Assembly: GCF_006345805.1 (NCBI RefSeq)
Contig: NW_021833098.1
Span: forward strand, 1 to 59,245
Reading direction: 5' to 3'
DNA: 59,245 nucleotides
From: Octopus sinensis
Taxonomy: Eukaryota
The translations under genes and the position numbers were made by a program. Each line of letters opens with the position of its first letter. Positions within the stretch are counted from its first letter, which is position 1. The notes below the pieces were generated by a model, which did not search any database, was not told the DNA's origin, and saw nothing but the letters and a program-made list of their open reading frames with translations. Shown one piece after another: positions 50,086 through 59,245 of the stretch.

Positions 50086-50849
50086 TGTGTGTTTAATGTT
50101 TGTGCTGCGCGTGTGCCTCTGTGTTTTTGTATGTTCGCCGTGACAGCGTTAAAGTGACATCATTCGTTACGATGCAAACTACAGAGGAGCGGCAATGTGG
50201 AATGCAGTGCCGTAGTGGTGGTGGTGGTAGTGGTGGTGGTGGTGGTGGTGGAGGTGGTGGTGGTGGTGGTGGTGGTGGTGACGGCGGCGGCGGCGCTGGA
50301 ATTGGTGGGTTTTATTGGAATTGCTGTTATTGTTGTTGGTGATGATAATGGAGGATGGTAACGGTAGTAGAGAAAGAGAAAGACAAAGAAATGGGGTCAG
50401 AAAGTTTGGAAAAGAGAGAGAGGGAGGAGAGAGAGAGAGAGAGAGAAGAAAGAGAGGGAGCGAGAGAAGAAGAGGGAGAGGGAGAGTAGAAGAGAGAGAG
50501 GGAGAGAATAAGAGAGAGAGGGAGAGAGAAGAAGAGAGAGAGAGGGAGAGAGAGAAGAAGAGAGAGAGGGAGAGAGAAGAAGAGAGAGAGGGAGAGAAAG
50601 AGCGAGAAAACAAGAGAGAGAGGGAGAGAGAGAGAAGAAGAGAGAGAGGAAGAGGAGAGCGAGAGAAGAAGAGAGAGAGAGACAGGCAGAGAGACAAAAA
50701 GATAGAGATAGAGACAGAAAGATATGGAGAGAAAGATTGAGAAGGACAGTGATATGAAGTGAGAAAGAGTGTGTGTGTAGCAAAGCAGGAGATCACGAGA
50801 GGAGAAGAGAGAGAGTGAGAGAGACAGAGAGAGACAGACAGCTAGACAA

Positions 50850-50884
<35 letters not shown>

Positions 50885-52885
50885 GACAAGCAGAGTGAGA
50901 GAGTGTGAGTAAAGTATGAGAGCGAGGGATTCAAAGTATAAGAGAGTGTTATTGCAAATGGCTGCCGTTGTTACATTTGAGAAGTGACATCGAAGGGACG
51001 ACAAACAGATCAAAATGTAACCCTTTATTGGTAAGGAACGCTTTGTGGTGTGATCCTCCAAATCGATGTATATCCCTGTAGAGAGAAGTAGAGTATTGAA
51101 GGGTTTGACGAAGATACTATGTGAGATGAATTAGTAGAAACGTTTTCAGTCGGGGCTGGTGGTTTTGTTGGGTTTGAAGCCACCTGACTTTTAACACGAA
51201 GTGGGGGTGGTGTACACGTGCAGAGTTATGAGGCGGTAGAACAGATTTTCGATTTAGTCAAACAGATTCGCAAAAATACGCATTTTTAAAAGGAAGTAAA
51301 AAATCTGAAAATCGGTTATAATAATGTAGTCTTCCAGTCTCTTTGCTATGAATGTATGATGTTGCAGAGAAAAATATTGAAGGAAAAAGATACAGACAGA
51401 GGTTTAAAAATCGAGAAAAAGAAAACTATGTATTTTTAGCCAATAGCGAAACAGAAATTTTCAGCGTTTAGCAGAGCAGTATCAACTTTAAGGTTGTACC
51501 CTTTGAAATTTATAGTTAAGCATCTGTGACATGACCTATTCATTGTAGGTTTCTAAATAAACAGAAATACCTAATAAAATCAGCATGTATCATCTTACTG
51601 TTTCTTTTGTTTCTTCATTGATTGTATGTTTTTATTATTTTAAAAAAATTTGTTATATTAATGTATTTGTCTGCATCTGTTTACTTTATGCATACTTCAG
51701 TAATATGTATACCTGCCATGTATTTATGTACCTCATTAATATATAAATGCATGTGGATGTATGTATTATTTAAGTTTATATGTACATTTATGCATTCATG
51801 TGTGTGTGTGTATGTGCATGTGTGTGTGTGTGTTGTGTGAAGCGGGCGTCTGTCTTCAAAACTCGAAAGTTGCGTAACGTTTTCATGCTTGGATTTGTAA
51901 ACTGCGATAAGAATAACACTGGTCAACAAATAATTTGTCTCAAGGAAAAGAAATTTGAAGTTAACGGTTTAAGAGATGCTCTTAATTTAAATGCTTATGA
52001 ATAGAATTAACCTAGTGAAATCATAAATCCAGCTATCTGAATCAATGAGTTTCTGGAAGTTGGCAATACTGTCCATTCGACCTTCATAATGCACCCCCAC
52101 CCACCAAAAAAAGACTGTATAAACAGTAAACAACTTTTACAATGACTTAACATCCAAGTCACAAAAACGGCGTTTCACGCTATTGATTACATGCGGCAAA
52201 GACACGGGTGAAGTGAAACACAACACAGCATGCAGTAGTCATGGTAACAAGCTGCTAATGCCACGCTGTCTGTTGATTGGCTAATATTACCCAAATTTCC
52301 CAAATTTAATTCCAAATAACATCAGATTCTTTAATTTACGAGATTAAGTAATTGGTTGATCGTAATAAAAATTCAGAGTTGCATCGATACATCAAAACTG
52401 AAAGCAGTCTGAGCAAAATTGAAGGGGTCTCATTTTGCGAATAAAACTGAATAGTTCCTTGAATTTTGGAATTATGTGCTGCGTGAAGTTGACTGGAAAG
52501 TGGGCAGCAAAGAGACAGGATTTCCCGTGGGAATGTTGCACGTAGAACCATCATAGGAAAGTAGGATTCTAATACGTCGATAAGAATTCTTATGACAAAA
52601 AACCAGAAGGTTCGATCGGGTTTTAGGAAGCGAAACGACTTGAGAACTTTGCGATAGACGAAAGATATCTTTCGCGGTTCGAATGTAGTATGTAAGTAAT
52701 TTATAAGTATGAAGATCATTCCGTTGATGGGGTTATGAAAGTCTTGAAACGTTAATGGAACATTAGTCTAAATTAGGGTTCGGCAAAGAGGACAGTATTG
52801 AGCCCCTACGGATCTATGTCCCTATCCAAGAAGTCGATAAATACATGGAATAATTTTGAGCTTTAACGGCTGCTGAATTATTTGT

Positions 52886-53046
52886 AGGCGCAGGTGTGGC
52901 TGTGTAGTAAGAAGTTTGCTTGTCAACCATATGGTTCCGGGTTCAGCCTCACTATGTAGCACCTGGAGCAAGTGTCTTCTGCCGTAGCGTAGAGTCGAGC
53001 AAACTTTTGTGAGTGATTTGGAAGACGCAAATGAAAGAAACCGTAT
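52886..53046 (+). mobile_element. SINE family A, head half
   Basis: AGGCGCAGGTGTGGCTGTGTAGTAAG ... GGTTCCGGGTTCAGCC ... GAGCAAGTGTCTTC. Confidence 0.82.
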
Positions 53047-53054
53047 ATATATAT

Positions 53055-53086
<32 letters not shown>

Positions 53087-53119
53087 ATATAATATATATA
53101 TAGATATATATATATATAT

Positions 53120-53491
<372 letters not shown>

Positions 53492-53497
<6 letters not shown>

Positions 53498-54071
53498 CAG
53501 CCATACTCTCTTCCTTCTGGAAGAGACCTGGGTGTAATTATTGGTAGCAATCTTAGATGGAGTGCCAACACCAACAATAAGGTCGATATACCTCGTAGGA
53601 TGAGCTCCTGGATCTTATGAACCTTCCGGTCCAGAGAATTAAGTGTCATCATTCCACTTTTCTCCGCCGCGAGCGATGCATCATTTGTACGATGTGGAGA
53701 ATATACCACCAGCATTGCCCAAATGACCTGAACATTAGTTTCAAGGTTCATCCAAGGCTGTGACCACAGGCCATACATCCCTTGCGCAATTCAGGATCAC
53801 AACATATAGGGACACTGCGACATTTATTTTCTTCAACAGGTCCTGCCTGTTTAACATTGTCTCAAAACTGATTAAAGAGGAAAAGGATCCTATCACCTTT
53901 AAAAGGAATACCAGATAAGCCAGCCATACCTGGATACAACTCACTCAACAAAAACTCACTACTTGAATGGACATAAACAAAACTTGACTTAAGAAGGATT
54001 TAGATAATCCTATCAGGTGGTGCTATTAAGTTAGACATGGCCTGGACCAATCTTTGGCCGAAACATATCTA

Positions 54072-54076
<5 letters not shown>
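53492..54076 (+). mobile_element. CR1/L2-group LINE 3' fragment, same family as 9832-10630, older
   Basis: YSLPSG..RDLGVIIGSNLRWSAN...RMSSWIL*TF...MWRIYHQHCPND...GIPDKPAIPGYNSLNKNSLLEWT; shared 3' UTR CAGGTGGTGCTATTAAGTTAGACATGGCCT. Confidence 0.85.
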
Positions 54077-54123
<47 letters not shown>

Positions 54124-54202
54124 TATAATATATAAGTATATTATATATATGAAAAACAAGAAAGAAGAAAGACCTCAATATTATGTAAATAGAGGAAATT
54201 TA

Positions 54203-54238
<36 letters not shown>

Positions 54239-54242
54239 TATG

Positions 54243-54308
<66 letters not shown>

Positions 54309-55205
54309 TATATATGTGTGTGTGTGTGTGCGTGTGTGTGTGTGTGTGTATGTGTGTGTGTGAATAAGGAAATGTGAAAAACTATAAAAAATATTTGGTT
54401 TGCAAGATTCTTGTTATGAACTGATGTCCTTTCGACGTACCTCGAAAAGGTCATTACGCCAACAATAAACACACACGCTGGTTCTCTAATTTTTTTATAT
54501 ATATAAGCATGAGTGAATTTGTTCACATTTAACTAATTAACTACTCGATTATTTGATTAATTGCTCGATCAACCAAACAATTAACTAGGCTTGTCAAATA
54601 ACATACTCCGCTACTCCATGACACGTCCTCTCTACCCCCAGGTCTCCTCCAGCAGACCTTGAACAGACAGAGTATGTCATTGACAAGGTCACGCATGGCG
54701 ACGAAAGGATCTTGAGAAAACCTAATTGATTGATTGAGTGAACGATTAAAATGAAGAAGTGAAATAGAACCAGTGCGTTTCTGCGTTTTTTTATAGGCAT
54801 AACGACCCTCCCGAGATACGAAACAAAAATTATATAAACAGGATCGGAATATTACCGTCTCTAAGAAATAATATATCTGAAATAGAAACCGTTCCTTACA
54901 GAAATATATAAGATAGATACAGGAAACGGTGTAGCATATCACATTGAAGCGATTAGATAAAAAGTAGTGTAACTGATGATTTAAAACCAATTTTAATTAA
55001 GCATTTAATGAGAGTAGATTTCACCAAGTGCAGTTTTCGCGAAGCCAATGTATTAAATGTACTGTAATTGTAATGAACGAGAGCGGTGTAATCGAAATAA
55101 CAGTCATTAGAGTCCACTATATGTATATGCATCTGAGTATGTGTATGTGTGTGTATGTGTGTGTATATGTCCATTTGTGTGAGTGAGCGTGTTTATATAT
55201 AATAT

Positions 55206-55253
<48 letters not shown>

Positions 55254-55874
55254 TATATATATATATGTATATTGTATGCGTATATGTATGTATATATATA
55301 TCTTATATATATATATATATAATATATATATTATATAATATATATATATATACATACATGTGTGTGTATGAATGCATGCTTGCACGTATGTATGTATTTC
55401 TGGATGGGTAATGTATCCCCTTATTCTAGATCGGTTGGCAATGTCTGTCGAAGAGGGACGCAGTTTAAACGCTTGGATGAGGGACATTCTCGAGGGAGGA
55501 ATTTAATACGAATTAGATACATGCATAATAAACACACACGCTCACATACGCATATATACGCATGCCATATACACACACACATTATATATTATATACAAAG
55601 AGGAAATTAAATATCATGTCTAATTAAACCCTTTGAGTTCTTTTTTTGTTTGTTTTTATTTTAATACTTGTTTGCTCTTTGTCTTTCTTTTTTCCAAGGA
55701 TATATCTTATTTTTATACACCATATCATTGAAATATTATGATGTTTTCATGAAGGCGATTGGAGTGACCGAAGCGGTCAAAGGCTGGAACATGTTGCCTC
55801 GTGGTCAGCGCTGGTTTTAAACATTAAGCAGAAATGGTAAAGGGTTTACGGCACGAAAGAAATCATTTTAAGAT

Positions 55875-56000
55875 TGCTAAGATAGTATTCGGGATGCCTT
55901 GTCTCTTCTAAGTATAGAAGCAGATGTATCACGTAAGATTTACTTTGAGGATCCGGTCAAAGACTTTGCAATTCAAAAAAGTAGGAGGAAACTTTTCAAA
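55875..56000 (+). pseudogene. hAT transposase C-terminal dimerisation-domain fragment
   Basis: DSIRDALSLLSIEADVSRKIYFEDPVKDFAIQKSRRKLF resembles the hATC pattern RL..LA.LSIE.D......F..II..FA..K.RR..F. Confidence 0.6.
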
Positions 56001-56312
56001 TATGAAATGGAAGTATACAAAAATAAACATGGCCGTTTGTTGACAAACTTTTCCCGCTTTGTAAGGATAATTTACCCGATATTTCTGCTGTTCTGACGGC
56101 AATTCTGCATTCGAAGAGATACCATCTAATTTGTATCATTGAGTACACATTCCGGCGCTTATAAAAACAACTGTTTGTTTATAATTATTGTTTATATACA
56201 GTTATTATACACTTATTACACTATGACCCTTCCATAGTAGCTTTCTCTCCGTAACTCGAAAAGCCTTTCGGGTCTGTTTATAGAAATATTATTTATGTAG
56301 TATATATGTTCT

Positions 56313-56519
56313 TTTATTCTTTTATTCTTTTACTTGTTTCAGCCATTTGCCTGCGGCCATGCTGGATCACCGCCTTTAATCAACAAATCGACCCCGGAAT
56401 TTATTTTTGTAAGCCCAGTACTTATTCTATCGGTCTCTTTTGCCGAACCGCTAAGCTACGGGGACGTAAACGCACCAGTATCGGTTGTCAGGCGGTGTTG
56501 GGTAGACAAACAGACACAC

Positions 56520-56567
<48 letters not shown>

Positions 56568-56575
56568 CACATACA

Positions 56576-56607
<32 letters not shown>

Positions 56608-56747
56608 CGACGGGCTTCTTCCAATTTCCGTCTACCAAATCCACTCTCAAGGCTTTGATCGGCCCGGGCTATAGTAGAAGACACTTGCCCAAGGTTCCAC
56701 GCAGTGGGACTGAACCCGGAACCATGTGGTTGGTAAGCAAGCTACTT
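56313..56747 (-). mobile_element. SINE family A, near full length
   Basis: Collinear with 31669-32091; extreme head missing. Confidence 0.9.
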
Positions 56748-57027
56748 TATTTCATGAAAATTGGCTACAAGAGCCTTCAAAGAGGTAGTAGCTGCGGGCT
56801 GGACAATACAAAATGAAAATGAATGAAACATGAAAAAATGATTGGTGGGGGGAAGGCAGACAACGCCCGCCAATTGCTGTTTCCCGAAAACAGTGTTCTC
56901 TTTTTGTTTACACAAAAACAACGAATGAGGTATCAAACCTCTTACAATAGTTTAAAAAATGGCTACCACCGTCTTTACAAAATGAGGTACCAGGCCTCTT
57001 ACCGTTTTACCAAAAAGTTTCAACAAT

Positions 57028-57428
57028 AGGCGCAGGAGCGGCTGCGTGGTAAGTAGCTTGCTTACCAGCCACATGGTTCCAGGTTCAGTCCCACTGCATG
57101 GCAATTCGGGCGAGTGTCTTCTACTATAGTCTCGGGCCGACCAAAGCCTTGTGAGTGGATTTGCTAGATGGAAACTGAAAGAAGCCCGTCGTATATATGT
57201 ATATATATGTGTGTGTTTGTGTGTCTGTGTTTGTCCCCCAACATCATATGACAACCGATGCTGGTGTGTTTATGTCCCCGTTACTTAGCGGTTCGGCAAA
57301 AGAGACCGATAGAATAAGTACTAGGTTTACAAAGAATAAGTCCTGGGAGTCGATTTCCTCGACTAAAGGCGGTGCTCTAGCATGGCCGCAGTCAAATGAC
57401 TGAAACAAGTAAAAGAGTAAAAGAATAG
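57028..57428 (+). mobile_element. SINE family A, full length
   Basis: AGGCGCAGGAGCGGCTGCGTGGTAAG through GACTGAAACAAGTAAAAGAGTAAAAGAATAG. Confidence 0.92.
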
Positions 57429-57816
57429 TTATTAATCGAGGCGCTAAAGACTCTTAATGTTAATTCTGAATGAGAGCTAAATTCTTAGGGATTTAAAAAT
57501 CTGAGCTAAATTCTTTACGAACAGACATTGATTTTACGGAAGCTTACCATTTCGGGGGAATTTGTGGCACTCAACTAGAAGACCTGGAACATACGGGGTG
57601 GGGGAGGGTAAATAGACAAAAAGATAAAGAGAGAAAAAGACAGAGAAAGAAGAAAGAAAGAGTGAGATTTAAAAAAGGGCGGAAGTTAGAAAGTCAGAAG
57701 GAGAAAGTCAGTAAGAGAGAGTAAGTCAGAGAGAGAGTGAGGGGGTGGGGAGAATGTGTGTCTGTGAAACAAAGAGAGAGAGACAGTGTGTGTGTGAGAG
57801 AGAGAGGGAGAGAGAA

Positions 57817-57849
<33 letters not shown>

Positions 57850-58804
57850 ATGTGTATATGTGTGAGAGAGAGAGAGAGAAAGTGTATGTGTGTGAGAAAG
57901 AGATAGAGAATGTGTATGTGTGTGTGAGAGAGAGAGAGACAATGTGTGTGTGGGAGAGAGAATGTGTGTGTGTGTGAGAGAGAGAGAAAGAGACAAAGAG
58001 AGAGAGGAGAGAGAAAAATGGAAAGAGAGAGAGGATGCTTTTAAAGATAAACCTGGCCCTGTGCTTCTGTCTCTGAGCCGATCCTTTATTCAGCAAATGT
58101 TTGGTTGAAATTTCCAAAAGTGTTTTAGCACTTTACAACCGAGGCGCCCTCTGGATAAGACACTTGTCAATCACGAGTAATATTCCCATAAGACTATATA
58201 TATATATGTATATATATATATAATATATATATATATATAATTTCCACACACAGAGATACACGCGCACACATGCAGACACACAAAGAAACACACACACATA
58301 TGCGCATGCCCCTACACACTAATATACATACACACACACACACGGACAGGCGCATTGATAGCACGCTTGTAAGCTAATATATATACACGCATCAACGAAG
58401 AATCAAGTTACCACATACACACGCACACACATGTACATATATAAGCACATAAATATTTATACGTATACATACATACACATATCCGAGAATACACCTTTAT
58501 TTAGATGCATATATCTACCTATCTCTCTCCATCCCTCCCCCCCTCTCTCTCTCTCTCTACATCTCTGTCTCTATATTGTAGATATATATATATATAATAT
58601 ATCATATATTATTCAAAGGAATTCCAACTCTGTTTTTCAATGTTTTATTTATATTCTTTATAATATTAATGTAGAATATAAAATATATAGTATGAATAGT
58701 ATATATAGTAAAATGAAATGAAGTATTGATTGACTTATTGAATAGATGAAAAATTGAATATCAAATATTAAGGGACTATTATACTTTATATATATATATA
58801 TAAC

Positions 58805-59000
58805 GGGAAAGTTTACGAAAATAGACAAAAGACGAAGGCAGGTGGAGTACAAACAAACAATTGTATTAGTATGGCGCTCAGGAATAGAAATAAAACAAGT
58901 CTTTTACGTTTCGAGCCTACGCTCTTCGACAGAAAGATACACAGAAAAGAAACAAGGAGAGAAAAAAAATGCGTGCAGGAGCTATCGATTCAACATGGCG
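58805..59000 (-). mobile_element. short PLE-terminal element, family B, with hammerhead-like motif
   Basis: Minus strand tcttt-CTGTCGA-A-GAGC gtag GCTC-GAAA-CGTA^aaaga (58900-58937); same 5' (CGCCATG) and 3' (TTTCCC then TA) ends as 2576-2756. Confidence 0.75.
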
Positions 59001-59069
59001 TTCTGATTTCAGCCAGAAGTCAGAGATCAGACGTTAGACGCTAGAGGGATAGTAGAGGGATATATACAA

Positions 59070-59156
59070 CTTATAAACAAGGGCAAAAGAAAATTATTTC
59101 TATGCCATAGAAAATATTTGGCATAGAAATAATTTTCTTTTGCCCTTGTTTATAAG
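59070..59156. repeat. perfect 38-bp inverted repeat with 11-nt spacer
   Basis: CTTATAAACAAGGGCAAAAGAAAATTATTTCTATGCCA-tagaaaatatt-TGGCATAGAAATAATTTTCTTTTGCCCTTGTTTATAAG. Confidence 0.95.
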
Positions 59157-59245
59157 GTTATAATTTTAGCCGTTAAAGGTATTTTAATATGCTGCCACTT
59201 TTGATGAACTTTTTTCCTGTATTAGTAGTAGTAGTAGTATATATT

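Noticed and set aside
52336-52880. Non-repetitive stretch with a 127-aa minus-strand ORF
   Set aside because: No recognisable motif in any frame; plus-strand frames contain several stops.
55430-55505. RLAMSVEEGRSLNAWMRDIL resembling a bacterial ribbon-helix-helix motif; also CTGTCGAAGAG like the family B core
   Set aside because: Only 24 codons, ends in a stop, no prokaryotic context; the hammerhead helix II and GAAA are missing.

Overview
AT-rich, microsatellite-saturated eukaryotic DNA. The SINE, mariner, Helitron and LINE families look like those of Octopus (cephalopod); this is recognised from sequence, not verified by search. No intact host gene can be supported, and almost every ORF in the track is a translation of (TA)n/(CA)n/(AG)n/trinucleotide repeats. 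The window is a stack of mobile-element relics: about 30 tRNA-derived SINE copies or fragments in at least four modular families, one full-length decayed mariner with both TIRs plus other mariner pieces and MITEs, three non-autonomous Helitrons, CR1/L2-group and R4/Dong LINE fragments, a hAT fragment and two Penelope-like elements (PLEs). The strongest signal is five minimal type-I hammerhead-ribozyme motifs with non-canonical cores (CCGACGA, CUGUCGA/CUGUAGA) and covarying helices. One ends a 5 kb RT + GIY-YIG PLE with a 2.8 kb microsatellite 3' region; four sit in short solo elements next to (TA)n or (CA)n. Other oddities: a 0.9 kb GC-rich minisatellite built only from 21- and 27-bp units, a head-to-tail SINE array, an element flanked by an inverted duplication of an interrupted (TAA)n tract, three long fold-back hairpins, and a MITE carrying telomeric repeats.
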